DNA of 64,000 nucleotides from IMG/VR virus record IMGVR_UViG_2802429064_000003; one strand, given 5' to 3'. Below are positions 9,289 to 18,811 of this stretch, one piece after another; position 1 is the first letter of the stretch; the number at the start of each line of letters is the position of its first letter. The translations under genes were made by a program, and so were the position numbers. This DNA comes from a virus. The notes under the pieces are model-generated. The model did no database searches, was not told the DNA's origin, and saw only the letters and a program-made list of their open reading frames with translations.

Positions 9289-9596
9289 GCGGCTGCCTCC
9301 TTTGGTCTGCCCCAGTAGACCAGGGTGAATGCTGTGTCGGTGCTCGGACGAGCCGCGAACCAGTGACCGTGCCATTCGCCTTCGTTGTCACACGGATCGC
9401 CGTGGCGACCGCACCATTTGATGCGCGGTTGGTAGTACAGGTGGACTTGCTCGACGATGGTCTCTTCACCGTCGCGCCGCGCACTCCCACCGCACTCTGT
9501 CAGGTCCGTCAGTAGTTCATTCACTTCCAGACCGTGACCACGATGGATACGGCACCAGCCGAGATCGGCGCTCACGAAATCTGCGGGATACTTCAC
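9285..9596 (-). CDS. Hypothetical Cys/His-rich protein
   Basis: WCRIHRGHG...WCGRHGDPCDNEGEWHGHW. Translationally coupled to its neighbours. Confidence 0.45.
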   Translation of the reverse strand: MKYPADFVSADLGWCRIHRGHGLEVNELLTDLTECGGSARRDGEETIVEQVHLYYQPRIKWCGRHGDPCDNEGEWHGHWFAARPSTDTAFTLVYWGRPKEAAA

Positions 9597-10123
9597 GACG
9601 CCTCCGAATTCCGAGGGGTTGAGTGGACAATGTCGTTGTCGCGGAAGATGATCCGTGCCGCTAGCGCGGCTTCGGGTGCCATCACCAGTTCCAAGAGGGT
9701 GAAGTAGGTATCGACGAACACTGGCCCGTGAATGCAGTGACTTACATCTTTCCGGGACGGGTCGAGATGATGCGCCAGCTCATGAAGCAGCACGAGCTCA
9801 CGCAGCGCCCAATGATGTTCATCGGGTATCGCGATCGCGGCTCTTCGTGGCTCGTAGTGCGCGAAATGCAGACCTTTCCGGCGGCGCACCCGAACCGCTC
9901 TGGCGGCTCCGAACCGTTCTTGGACCTGCGGCAGGGCCAGGACTCGGTTGGCATGCGTCTCGGCGCTCTGTAGGTCACCGAACAACGCTTCGGGCGGCAA
10001 TGTGAGGGTGACGCCCCCGAGCGTGACAACGGGGTTCTGCCCTGTGCGGGCATTATCGAACAGTCGGCGCACGATGATTTCGGCGTCGTACACGGCCCGG
10101 CGTTGAAAGTCGCGTGTCGACAT
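9593..10123 (-). CDS. Putative Zn-metallopeptidase-like protein (HExxH motif)
   Basis: LVLLHELAHHLDP...H contains the HELAH zincin signature. Family not resolved. Confidence 0.5.
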   Translation of the reverse strand: MSTRDFQRRAVYDAEIIVRRLFDNARTGQNPVVTLGGVTLTLPPEALFGDLQSAETHANRVLALPQVQERFGAARAVRVRRRKGLHFAHYEPRRAAIAIPDEHHWALRELVLLHELAHHLDPSRKDVSHCIHGPVFVDTYFTLLELVMAPEAALAARIIFRDNDIVHSTPRNSEAS

Positions 10124-10124
10124 G

Positions 10125-10964
10125 TCAGGCGCTCAACGCGGCCTTGGCGTGGGCGATCTCGGTATCAGCACCCAGCTTCGCGCGCTGTCCAGCACGGTCG
10201 CCGGCGTCGCGACTGACGAAGCTCATGGTGTTGGGGCGGTATCCACGGTGTGTTCGCCGACCGGTGTTCGAGTACTTCATGTAGTAGTCCGCCACTGCCT
10301 TGCGCTTGTCTGCCAGAACCAGCTCTGTGGATGCACCTTGTCCAGGGTCGATGTGATCGGTCGCGCGAGACTCAGCCTCGGCGTCGCGTCGGGCTTCCCA
10401 GAGCCGCCGGCCGATGCGCCGTGCAAACCCCGCCTGGAACTCCAGTCGCGCGGTGATCGTGGCCATGGGCTTGTAGTGCGTTTCCCAGACCTGGGCGCCG
10501 GTGCTACGGTCGCGAACCAGGACCGAATACGGCACTTCCTCGCGCTGGTAGTCCCCGCGCGCCAGGAACGCGCGGCTAGCCGCGGCCATCTGTGGGAGCA
10601 GGCGAACGTACAGTGCCTGCACCACGTCGATGTCATCGCGGTACCCGTGGGCGTAGACCCGCGTGTTGTTGTGTGCCACGGCTACGCGCACATCGTTGGC
10701 CGCGGCGATCTCCAAGAACAGCTCGATGAGTGTGGTCAAGCCTCGCTGGCGGCGCTCTCCTATGACAATCTCCCGCTGCTCCGGCGTCGTCGATTCCTTG
10801 GACCGAGTGTGTGCCCGTGCTTTGGCCAGGTCGATCGATTCGAGGGTGGCGATGCGCTGTGCGGCCTTGAGGAACGCGTCGGCCTCGTGCTCGTTGTCGG
10901 TGTTGTCCGCTTTGTTCAGCAGTGCGGCGATGCGCGCAATGGTCTTGTCACTCACGGGGTTCAT
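10125..10964 (-). CDS. DUF2786-like domain protein (actinophage family)
   Basis: N-terminus KTIARIAALLNKADNTDNEHEADAFLKAAQRIA matches the DUF2786 consensus. Confidence 0.55.
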   Translation of the reverse strand: MNPVSDKTIARIAALLNKADNTDNEHEADAFLKAAQRIATLESIDLAKARAHTRSKESTTPEQREIVIGERRQRGLTTLIELFLEIAAANDVRVAVAHNNTRVYAHGYRDDIDVVQALYVRLLPQMAAASRAFLARGDYQREEVPYSVLVRDRSTGAQVWETHYKPMATITARLEFQAGFARRIGRRLWEARRDAEAESRATDHIDPGQGASTELVLADKRKAVADYYMKYSNTGRRTHRGYRPNTMSFVSRDAGDRAGQRAKLGADTEIAHAKAALSA

Positions 10965-10976
10965 AGTCCTTTCAGT

Positions 10977-11318
10977 TCACTGCGCCGGTGTCTGCGCTTC
11001 CGGATGACCTTCTGGCCAGCCGTAGAGGACCTCTCCACCGTGCTCAACGGCATACTGGTCCATTCGTTCGCGTGAGATTTCTCGGCCGCCGGCGATGACC
11101 TGGTCGTCTTTCCAGACATGCCAGCTGGTGGCGAAGTCGGTGCGTCGCACGACAATCGACGGTGCCCGTTTGACGATTTCTCCGTTCTCACAACGGATCC
11201 GATAAGACACGTTGCCTAGTAGGTTCTCGTCCGGACCACTCACGATCACGCCAAGCCAAAGTGGTTGTCCGTAGATGACGACTTCAGTACCAGCGGGTAG
11301 TGCCTCTTTGTCGCTCAA
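10977..11318 (-). CDS. Hypothetical protein
   Basis: ORF within the co-directional block with good periodicity. Confidence 0.45.
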   Translation of the reverse strand: MSDKEALPAGTEVVIYGQPLWLGVIVSGPDENLLGNVSYRIRCENGEIVKRAPSIVVRRTDFATSWHVWKDDQVIAGGREISRERMDQYAVEHGGEVLYGWPEGHPEAQTPAQ

Positions 11319-11429
11319 GGCTGCTCGAGTCCTTTCGATGTGATTGGCGATAACGAGGGGTCGACGGCGGGTAAGTATCAGCAGGTATCGGGCGGGTAGT
11401 GGGACACAGGTGCAGGCTGTCGCTGCTGT

Positions 11430-12062
11430 TTACGTCAGCCGTCCAGCGCGGCGAAGAACATCGCCTGCTGCTTCGACGAGGTCCCATCCCGCGCGGTCTC
11501 CGTTGTTGCGGTCGGGATGCGAGTTGCCCCGTGCTGCGCGATAGGCCTTGTCGAGCGCTGAATCCTGATCACCAGCTGCCAGGCGGATGATCTGCTCTGC
11601 GTCATCAGCGGTCGCAACCACGCCGGACTGTCCCGCTGACGGAAGCTGTTTCCACCCGGTGTACTGCTCGCTTCCCGGGGTGATCCCGTATCGGTCGAGA
11701 CGACGCAATCCGTTGAGTCCGAGCGTGATGGCACGCAAATTGTCCTGCCACGTATTGAATTTCGCCGCGGGGTACGACAGCGGGCCGACGCGGGATTCGA
11801 CATGCAAGATCACGCCAGGGTGCTGCACCCGCGCATCGGCTCGTGGCAGGCCGTCAAGCCGGAAATCGCGCTCTCGGAGGGCGACCTCGAGTACGGACGG
11901 GGCGTTCGAGCCGTCCGATCCGAGGAACGATAACTCACGGTCGAGCTCTTCGAGTGTCGTCCGCAGTGGCGCCGAGAAAGGGGAGCGGATGTGCAGGCTT
12001 GGAAACGTTCCAGGCCAATTCTCTAAGGGGCGCAGTTTCATTCGATCGGGATAGTAGCTCAT
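11430..12062 (-). CDS. DnaJ (J-domain) containing protein
   Basis: C-terminal J domain with HPD (KAYRAARGNSHPDRNNGDRAGWDLV). ATG at 12062 in an ATGA overlap with the upstream gene. Confidence 0.6.
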   Translation of the reverse strand: MSYYPDRMKLRPLENWPGTFPSLHIRSPFSAPLRTTLEELDRELSFLGSDGSNAPSVLEVALRERDFRLDGLPRADARVQHPGVILHVESRVGPLSYPAAKFNTWQDNLRAITLGLNGLRRLDRYGITPGSEQYTGWKQLPSAGQSGVVATADDAEQIIRLAAGDQDSALDKAYRAARGNSHPDRNNGDRAGWDLVEAAGDVLRRAGRLT

Positions 12063-12901
12063 GCTATGGCAGCCTCTCGCATGTTGGTGGCGCATTCATT
12101 GGCGGCCTCGGCTCGGCGCTTGATCTCAGCTTCGATGAGTGGCATGAGGTCGCGTGCGACCGAGACGCTGAGTGTTAAGGAGCTCGAATACTGACGGGTC
12201 GAGTACAGAGCGGCAAGTATCTCCGCATCAAGTGTGGTGATGGCGCTGTTGTTTTCGCGGATCTGAGCAGCTACGAACAGCAGCAACTGTTGGTCGATCT
12301 TGAGTTTCACCGCCTTCCGCGGGTCCCGTTGTGCGGGTGTGTCGACCGTGCCAACGAAGGCACCTGGGGTGGGTCGAAAATCGGCGAGCGCCCACAATCC
12401 TTCGTCGTCAGGTGTAGCCGCGTACTCAGCGTTTTCGCCAGTACCGGTGCAACGCCTGCGAGTGTCCCCGTAGCGCAGCGCCTTGTCGGTGCCGCAGATA
12501 TGCTTCGCGGTATTCGAATAGCGAGTGATCATCACCATGTGAATGACGGTCTCGGTATCCAACGCCCACAACGCCCCATGATCCGGCGCTTCGCTCCAGT
12601 AGCTCAGTCCAAGTGCGGCGCAGGCAGCGATGTTCTCGCGGATGCGGGTAGGCACGGCTTTCACCGTGGGTGTGGTCCTGGGGCGAATCCAGAGACCGAA
12701 TCCCTTACGGGACTTTCCACGACCTTTGCGCCAGGTCAGATCTGAGCTCTGTGCGATGACCGCCGAGTATGGTTCTTGGGGGTCACGCTCGATCGACGGG
12801 TAGAACCGGGTCGGGCTTCCCGCGAATCTTGCGGAGACGCTGTCAGCGACAGCCTGAGCTGCCGGTGTCAACGGCCCGAGGCGAGGGGTGAATGCTGGCA
12901 T
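12059..12901 (-). CDS. Hypothetical protein (start moved to the ATG at 12901, downstream of the operator palindrome)
   Basis: The annotated longer ORF would read through the 17-bp palindrome. AAGGG RBS 6 nt before the ATG at 12901. Confidence 0.5.
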   Translation of the reverse strand: MPAFTPRLGPLTPAAQAVADSVSARFAGSPTRFYPSIERDPQEPYSAVIAQSSDLTWRKGRGKSRKGFGLWIRPRTTPTVKAVPTRIRENIAACAALGLSYWSEAPDHGALWALDTETVIHMVMITRYSNTAKHICGTDKALRYGDTRRRCTGTGENAEYAATPDDEGLWALADFRPTPGAFVGTVDTPAQRDPRKAVKLKIDQQLLLFVAAQIRENNSAITTLDAEILAALYSTRQYSSSLTLSVSVARDLMPLIEAEIKRRAEAANECATNMREAAIA

Positions 12902-12917
12902 AACGAGCCCTTTCATA

Positions 12918-12934
12918 TTCTCTAAAACAGAGAA
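12918..12934. promoter_or_regulatory. Operator/promoter palindrome TTCTCTAAAACAGAGAA
   Basis: A 17-bp inverted repeat 17 nt upstream of the leftward gene start at 12901. The flank forms a TATGAA -10-like hexamer on the coding strand. Confidence 0.6.
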
Positions 12935-12956
12935 TATCACTAGTGATGCTTGCGGT

Positions 12957-13910
12957 CTATCGAGCGGCGGCATTGTCGGAAACTGCTGCCGAGTCCCTCG
13001 CGCGCTCTTCTGCGCGCTGCAGCAGGCGCCAGATTCGGCCGGCGTAGGCGTCCTTGGTGATCGGTGGATCGGCGTTGGCTGCAAGCTCGCTCATTCTGGC
13101 TTCCGGGTTCTCCAGGCGTAGTCGCGCCGCCTCTGCCAGCTGTGGTGGCACGTCATCGCCGAGGATTCGGAGCGCACGCCCCACTGATTCGGCTTGGTCG
13201 TGTGCCGCCTGGATGAACCTGGATCTGTTGGCAGCCTCGAGGTTCTCGACGCGCAGCGATTCGCGGTGCGTGCTCATGAGGGTGTGCGCAGCTTCGGGTG
13301 CTCCCACGGCTATGAGGAATCTACCTATCTCCGGGGTTTTGCGAATCTCGAATACATCGACAGATGCTCCGTCGCGGGTGTATTCGCGCATCTGAGTCTG
13401 TACTCCGTGGCGGCGGGCGAACCCACCGAGTGCCATCGCCGCTGGGGCAGTCGGGCACACAACCTCGAGGCGCGGTCGGCGCAGCTCGTGGGTGATGATC
13501 TGTCCGCGTGCCAAGAACGCACCGCGAAGTGCGGCTGCCGCGTCAGCGCGTGTGCCGGCGACCACCGTCGGCGCCATCCCTACCACCGGTCGACCCGACG
13601 GGCTGAGCAGGCCCACCTGCACCGCTAGGTTGTGGGCGCGATGTATCTGGCGCACCTTGAAGGTTCCCGCCGAGAGCTCGAACGCGCGCGGCGCCGCATC
13701 GAAGAGCTTGGTGATCTCGTTGCGCAAGAACACCGCGGCTTCGCGCGTATCGAGCTCGACGTCGATCCAGCAGCGGCGGCCCTCACTGAAAAACCCGCCG
13801 CCGAAGCGCAGCATCGCTGAGACCTGCGCACGTCTGGTCGAAGGCTTGTCGTGGACGGACGGAAGTACACGATTCAGTTCGTATTTGACCTGTTGCGTCA
13901 GTGGATTCAC
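12957..13910 (-). CDS. WhiA-like DNA-binding protein (degenerate LAGLIDADG scaffold plus C-terminal HTH), paralog 1
   Basis: N-terminus VKYELNRV...RAQVSAMLRFGGG and C-terminal DPPITKDAYAGRIWRLLQRAEE match WhiA signature regions. Confidence 0.6.
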   Translation of the reverse strand: MNPLTQQVKYELNRVLPSVHDKPSTRRAQVSAMLRFGGGFFSEGRRCWIDVELDTREAAVFLRNEITKLFDAAPRAFELSAGTFKVRQIHRAHNLAVQVGLLSPSGRPVVGMAPTVVAGTRADAAAALRGAFLARGQIITHELRRPRLEVVCPTAPAAMALGGFARRHGVQTQMREYTRDGASVDVFEIRKTPEIGRFLIAVGAPEAAHTLMSTHRESLRVENLEAANRSRFIQAAHDQAESVGRALRILGDDVPPQLAEAARLRLENPEARMSELAANADPPITKDAYAGRIWRLLQRAEERARDSAAVSDNAAAR

Positions 13911-13919
13911 CGGATACTC

Positions 13920-14216
13920 CTATCCCTGATCAGTGGTGTGGCTGGGAACGTCGACGAGAACCGGCAAGTATGGGAGGGACACGCCGGTGAGGTACCGCCG
14001 GAACTCCAAGACAGCAGCGCGGTCCTCCGGCGTCAACGAAGTGCCCGGCGCCGTCAATGTGCAGGACGCCGCATCGGCTGCGTAGCTCGGATCAGCCTGC
14101 GCGGGGTCGGACGTCCAGCCCCACTGATCGAAGTCAAATCCCTTGGGGCGCACTGGCCGGTACCAGGTGTTTCCGTTGGTGTCGGTGCGCGCTGGGTACT
14201 GCTGGGCGATGCTCAT
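13920..14216 (-). CDS. Hypothetical protein (start at the internal ATG MSIAQQ; the upstream reading frame is Arg-rich noise)
   Basis: ATGA overlap with the stop of 14213-14662. Confidence 0.4.
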   Translation of the reverse strand: MSIAQQYPARTDTNGNTWYRPVRPKGFDFDQWGWTSDPAQADPSYAADAASCTLTAPGTSLTPEDRAAVLEFRRYLTGVSLPYLPVLVDVPSHTTDQG

Positions 14217-14662
14217 GTCAGCTGACTCCGCCAACGCCACCCGTCGAACCACCCGCGGCAGTCGTTGCACTCCACCCCGCACCGCATATTGACCATCCAC
14301 AGATGCGTGCAGGTTGGGTCGGCGTCGCGCAGTTGTTGCTGATTCTCGCCAGGGCCGTAGCGCCTCGAAGCGAATACCGTACCGCCGTAGTTTCGAAGAC
14401 TTTCCTTCAGAGGAGGGAAGCCGGGCCCGAGTTTGGGCGGCAACGGAAGCCAGATCGGAGCCAAACCCATACTTTTGGCCCAATCGATGATGTTCTCTGT
14501 CGCCCAGCGTTCGCGCATCTGATGGAGATTCAAGCTGGCGTTCCACTCCGGGATATGTCCGGCGATCACGTCGAGTTCGAGTTGCCATTGGTAAGCCCGC
14601 AGGAACGCGGCCCTTGCGTAGGCCATGCGAGCTGAATCATGCGGTGCCATGGTGATGTTCAT
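14213..14662 (-). CDS. Hypothetical protein
   Basis: Protein-like composition. Coupled to its neighbours. Confidence 0.45.
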   Translation of the reverse strand: MNITMAPHDSARMAYARAAFLRAYQWQLELDVIAGHIPEWNASLNLHQMRERWATENIIDWAKSMGLAPIWLPLPPKLGPGFPPLKESLRNYGGTVFASRRYGPGENQQQLRDADPTCTHLWMVNMRCGVECNDCRGWFDGWRWRSQLT

Positions 14663-14973
14663 TGGAAGTCACCCCCGTCGCTGCCCATGCCGCCAACGCC
14701 CAGGCAAGGCTCGTCGCCGCTGGTGTGGGCTGCCATCACCCAGAACTTCCCGCCGTACCAGGCCTCCGCGCGACGTCGGCACCATGAGCAGGTGGCAAAG
14801 CCCTGCGGGTAGTGCGAAAGGTGCCAGTGCCCCGCGTCGTCGGGGAACTTGTATGGGTGGAGCGTCTGGAAAGTGCGGCCCGCGGATTCCACTGTCGCGC
14901 GGATATCCTGTGCGCCTGCCTGGGCGAGTTCGCTTGTCGGAAACAGGCGCTTCGTCGCGTATCGGCAGCTCAT
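14659..14973 (-). CDS. Hypothetical protein with the HWHL...CSWC...AWYGG motif (paralog of 8329-9288)
   Basis: FPDDAGHWHLSHYPQGFATCSWCRRRAEAWYGG. ATG at 14973 in an ATGA overlap. Confidence 0.45.
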   Translation of the reverse strand: MSCRYATKRLFPTSELAQAGAQDIRATVESAGRTFQTLHPYKFPDDAGHWHLSHYPQGFATCSWCRRRAEAWYGGKFWVMAAHTSGDEPCLGVGGMGSDGGDFQ

Positions 14974-15308
14974 CGAGTCTCGCCCTTCGCGCATTCGGGG
15001 TAGTGCTGATCGCGCGTGCACGCCTCGTATTCCCCCCGACTGACCTCGCGCCAGCCGATCTCTTTCCCGTTGTCCAATCTCAGGCGCCAAGATTCCGAGT
15101 GTGGGATCCACTGTGGCGGCGTGCCGGGATATGTGTTGCAGCGTGGCGGGCTCCCACTGCATGTCGTTGATCCCGGGGTGCCCGGCACGTACTGGGTCCA
15201 CGCGGGGCTGTACTCGGTGTCTACGACCTTTCCTTCAGCTGGTCCATTCCCGCAGGCGGTGAGCACGAGTGCCAGTGCGGCCGCAATGGGCCATCGTCGT
15301 GGACTCAT
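14970..15308 (-). CDS. Putative lipoprotein
   Basis: MSPRRWPIAAALALVLTAC|GNG signal peptide with lipobox. Cys-rich mature part. Confidence 0.5.
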   Translation of the reverse strand: MSPRRWPIAAALALVLTACGNGPAEGKVVDTEYSPAWTQYVPGTPGSTTCSGSPPRCNTYPGTPPQWIPHSESWRLRLDNGKEIGWREVSRGEYEACTRDQHYPECAKGETR

Positions 15309-15574
15309 CGATTCACCACCTCGGCGATAAGGTCGTCGATCCATGGCTCCCGAGGGTCGCGATCGCGATCCCATTCCCACTTGTCGAGCCAGCCGAAATG
15401 CGGTGTTCCGTTGAACAGTCGATTGCCGGAAATACTGACGATCACGACTTCTGCGTCCTGATCGCGCTGAACGTTCACCGTGTGCGGCCGAAACAAGGTC
15501 TCTGGCGCATGCCGCGGGCTCATATCAGGCAACTTGAAAGGTGGAATGTTGTGGGATTCCCAGTCACTCAACAT
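15305..15574 (-). CDS. Hypothetical protein (start at the internal ATG MLSDWE)
   Basis: The upstream part of the annotated ORF is low-complexity. Overlaps the stop of 15564-15806. Confidence 0.4.
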   Translation of the reverse strand: MLSDWESHNIPPFKLPDMSPRHAPETLFRPHTVNVQRDQDAEVVIVSISGNRLFNGTPHFGWLDKWEWDRDRDPREPWIDDLIAEVVNR

Positions 15575-15806
15575 GCTTAGTCTCCTGTGCTTTCTCGGTT
15601 GGGGGCTGGTCGAACGTCCACAGCTCGATCCGGCCGTGCTGCCAGAACAACTCACCGGCATTGCCCGCCCAGTTGAGGTCCATCTCCCAGGCGAGCTCAA
15701 TCCAGATGGGAGTGTCCAGGGCTTGGCGAATGTCGCTACACCGATGTTCTTGGCAGTCCACGTGATTGCGGCCATCAGGGCAGGTGCACACATCGGTGGT
15801 ATCCAT
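15564..15806 (-). CDS. Small Cys/His-rich putative metal-binding protein
   Basis: CTCPDGRNHVDCQEHRC. Confidence 0.4.
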   Translation of the reverse strand: MDTTDVCTCPDGRNHVDCQEHRCSDIRQALDTPIWIELAWEMDLNWAGNAGELFWQHGRIELWTFDQPPTEKAQETKHVE

Positions 15807-15809
15807 GGA

Positions 15810-16805
15810 TTACGCACCTGTCAGGAGTCGGACGGCCCCACCGTCGGGGCGCTCTGAATCGAACTCGTCCTGCTCTTCTCCGGCGGCGCGGCGGTCGGCC
15901 ATGATGAGCAACCGCCGCAACCGGCCTGCGACAGCGTCTTTGGTGATGGGCGGCTGGGCGAGCTGCCCAAGCTCTTCCAGAGATGCCTCGCGGTGATCCA
16001 GGCGAAGCTGTCCGGTGTGCGCCAGGTGCTCGGGTGCTTCTGCCCCCAAAATCGCTAGTGCCTGCTTCACCTTGGCCGCCGTGGCTGCCGCTGCTCGTGC
16101 TGATCTACGCGCGTTGGCGTCATCGAGGTTGACCAGCCGGATTGCGGTCGACTGCATTGCGCGCTGAGCGATTCGCCGCTCCCAGGAGATGCGCGACTCG
16201 TCTGCACCGATTCGGGTCAAGAGCGTTCCGATGCTGTCATGGTCGTGAATCACGACACGGTCGATGCCACGAGCGGTGCGCACCATCGACTGAACACCCA
16301 GCCGGCGCGCGCAGCTGGTCAGCGCGAATGCCACTTCGGGGTTGGGGCAGCTGATCTCCAGCGCGCTGGATCGGCTCGGTCCGATCAATGATCCAGCGAC
16401 CATGAAGGCGCCGCGCCAGGCTGCGGCGACCTCGCCCGGTGATCCGCCGACCACCATCGCGGGTAGCCCGGTGACGGGCCGGCCGCGCAGGTCGATGAGA
16501 CCAGTCTGTAGGGCGAGATCACGCCCACCTTCGCTCACGCGCACCGTGTAACGGGCACCACGGCGCAATCCGGTTTCGCTGTTCACGATCACTACTGCTT
16601 TGTGGCCATACAGTGCGGCGATTTCCCGGCGCAGGTACCGCGCGACGGCACCGGTGCCGACCTCGATGTGCACCGTCAGCCCGGTACGGGAGACACGAAG
16701 CTCACCAGCGAGTCGGACGATAGCTGCGACCTGAACACGCCTGCACCCCTGGTGTATTGATGTGGCGCGACTCAACTCGTCACGCACTTCCTGCGTCATC
16801 GACAT
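15810..16805 (-). CDS. WhiA-like DNA-binding protein, paralog 2
   Basis: MTQEVRDELSR...VAAIVRLAGE at the N-terminus. C-terminal LGQLAQPPITKDAVAGRLRRLLIMADRR closely matches the WhiA C-terminal HTH signature. Confidence 0.6.
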   Translation of the reverse strand: MSMTQEVRDELSRATSIHQGCRRVQVAAIVRLAGELRVSRTGLTVHIEVGTGAVARYLRREIAALYGHKAVVIVNSETGLRRGARYTVRVSEGGRDLALQTGLIDLRGRPVTGLPAMVVGGSPGEVAAAWRGAFMVAGSLIGPSRSSALEISCPNPEVAFALTSCARRLGVQSMVRTARGIDRVVIHDHDSIGTLLTRIGADESRISWERRIAQRAMQSTAIRLVNLDDANARRSARAAAATAAKVKQALAILGAEAPEHLAHTGQLRLDHREASLEELGQLAQPPITKDAVAGRLRRLLIMADRRAAGEEQDEFDSERPDGGAVRLLTGA

Positions 16806-16837
16806 CGGTCCTCCTCCTGCGTTTCGTGGTCGGTCTG

Positions 16838-18811
16838 TCAAGCTGCGGTTTCAACGGCGCCGGGGCGCTGGAAGGCCGGGAGCCACTTCTCGGCTTGGGC
16901 GAGTGCGATCAGGTCGCTGAGGTCACGGCGGTCGAGCTGGCCGGCGTCGGGGACTCCCAATTGCGACGCGAAGTCGATCTGCGCATCGGAGGACTTTGCG
17001 CGGGGGAGATCACGCATGTGATCGGGAAAGATATTCTGCGCCAGCGCGTCTGCCTCTGCCAGGCTCAGCCCTTGCAGGTAGCACCGGGGACCCGGTTCGG
17101 TCCACTGCCCATCGAGGCCGACCCAGAACATGCGGTGCACCGTGCTGTCGAAGAATCCGAAGGCCCAATCACGGCCCGCGACGGTCCCCGCGACACCACG
17201 CATATCGGCGAGCATCAGTACGCCTTTGTGGCCGTTGGCGCGGTACACCGAGCGCACGAGGCCCCGAGGGTGGTGTACCCAGCGGATGGTGGAGGTGCGC
17301 TGCGACCAGCTGGAGTCGCCTCGCCGCTGTTTTCCGGCGGCTAGGACGTCGCCGGTAACCGGATCGAAAGTCCGCAGCGGATCTACCCGGTGCAGGTCGC
17401 ATTCACAACCGCAACGGCACAGTCCGAAGGTCAGCGTGCATGTGCATGTGCAGGGGACACTGGACACGGGGTCGCTGGCTGGGCCTGACTCAGACGACTC
17501 GTTCGCACACGTGCAGTTGCATTCACAACCTATTCCGGTGCAGGAGAAGTCGCACTCGTCACTTGTGCAGGGCTGCTGGCAGAAGCAACCGAACCCGTCT
17601 TCGTCGCTCTCCGGTTTCTCGCGGTGTTCGGGGTCCAGGCGGGTCTTGACGATCAGCCCGAGGGATCCGGCGCCCACGAGGTCCACGACGAGAGCGGTGT
17701 CTTTGACGGTTCCGTCTTCGAAGGTGTGTGGCCGCAGTGCGCGCCCTACACATTGGACAAGCCTGGACTGGCTGCGCGTCGGTCTGGCCAGCACGACCGC
17801 TTCGCAGCGAGGGAAGTCTGCTCCCTCGGTGAGCACGTCGACCGTCACCAGCACCTGGGTGCTCCCGTGTCGGAATCGGTTGTAAATGCCGTTACGGACG
17901 CGGGTTTTGGTCTCTCCGACGACCACTTCGGCGGACACGCCTTGTTCGACAAGGGACTTGGCTAGTTGCTCGCAGTGCAACAACGAAGCGCCAAAGACGA
18001 TGGATGAGCGGCCCTCGGTGCGTGTCAACACCGCCTCGACAGTGGCGTTTAGCGTGGTCTCTCGCATCATCGCCTCTTCGGCGACCTCGTCGGAGATGTC
18101 TCCGCCACTACCGGAGGACAGCTTCGAGACATCAAGTTCCGGGAGTTCAACGGTCACGCCTTCTGGCGCGATCAAGAAGCCGTTTTCGATGGCCCAGTTG
18201 ATGTCCCGCTCGAAAACCACTTCTTCCCAGATGGTCCTCAAGGCGGGCTCGTCCCTGCTCGGGGCGTGGCGGATCATCGTCGCGGTGAATCCGGCGCGGC
18301 GCGCGCCCAGAGCAGTGAAGTGGTCGAGCACCTTGCGGTAGGTTCGGGCGGGCGCGTGGTGGGCCTCGTCGACGATGACGAGGTCGCGGTGTCCGATTCT
18401 GGTTAGGGCCGCCTCAGTCTGTAGTGATTGCACTGTGGCCGAGACAATCTGAGCAGTTGGGTCATCGCGATTGCCTCCTCCGATCAGCGAGGGGACGGGG
18501 CCGGCCGGGTTCACCGCTGAGACGGCAATGGCCATCTGCTTGATCAGTTCGTCGCGGTGGGCCATCAGCAGCACCCGGCCGCTGTTGGTCACCTCACGGC
18601 GCGCCAGCTCTGCGATGACGGTCGATTTTCCCGTCCCGGTCGGCAGCACGACCGCCGGTCCCACGACGCCACGGTTGTAGGCAGCGCATACCGCGTCGGC
18701 GGCTTCGATCTGATACTCGCGCAGTGGGCGTGGCTCGTTGGTTGCAGGGGCTGCGACAGGGAAAGCCATCTGCTCTTGATCTGCGGCGGGAGCCAAGTCG
18801 GTGACTGTCAT
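16838..18811 (-). CDS. Superfamily-2 DEAD/DEAH-type DNA helicase (ResIII-like) with a Cys-rich central segment
   Basis: Walker A VLPTGTGKST, motif II VIVDEAHHAP, a helicase C-terminal domain, then CFCQQPCTSDECDFSCTGIGCECNCTC. Confidence 0.75.
   Translation of the reverse strand: MTVTDLAPAADQEQMAFPVAAPATNEPRPLREYQIEAADAVCAAYNRGVVGPAVVLPTGTGKSTVIAELARREVTNSGRVLLMAHRDELIKQMAIAVSAVNPAGPVPSLIGGGNRDDPTAQIVSATVQSLQTEAALTRIGHRDLVIVDEAHHAPARTYRKVLDHFTALGARRAGFTATMIRHAPSRDEPALRTIWEEVVFERDINWAIENGFLIAPEGVTVELPELDVSKLSSGSGGDISDEVAEEAMMRETTLNATVEAVLTRTEGRSSIVFGASLLHCEQLAKSLVEQGVSAEVVVGETKTRVRNGIYNRFRHGSTQVLVTVDVLTEGADFPRCEAVVLARPTRSQSRLVQCVGRALRPHTFEDGTVKDTALVVDLVGAGSLGLIVKTRLDPEHREKPESDEDGFGCFCQQPCTSDECDFSCTGIGCECNCTCANESSESGPASDPVSSVPCTCTCTLTFGLCRCGCECDLHRVDPLRTFDPVTGDVLAAGKQRRGDSSWSQRTSTIRWVHHPRGLVRSVYRANGHKGVLMLADMRGVAGTVAGRDWAFGFFDSTVHRMFWVGLDGQWTEPGPRCYLQGLSLAEADALAQNIFPDHMRDLPRAKSSDAQIDFASQLGVPDAGQLDRRDLSDLIALAQAEKWLPAFQRPGAVETAA

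Noticed and set aside
12018-12031. Half-site TTCTCTAAGGGG near the DnaJ-like gene start, and TTCTCTCGTGGGG at 41713
   Set aside because: These are single half-sites without the inverted partner, and they lie inside coding sequence. They may be chance matches or weak secondary sites.
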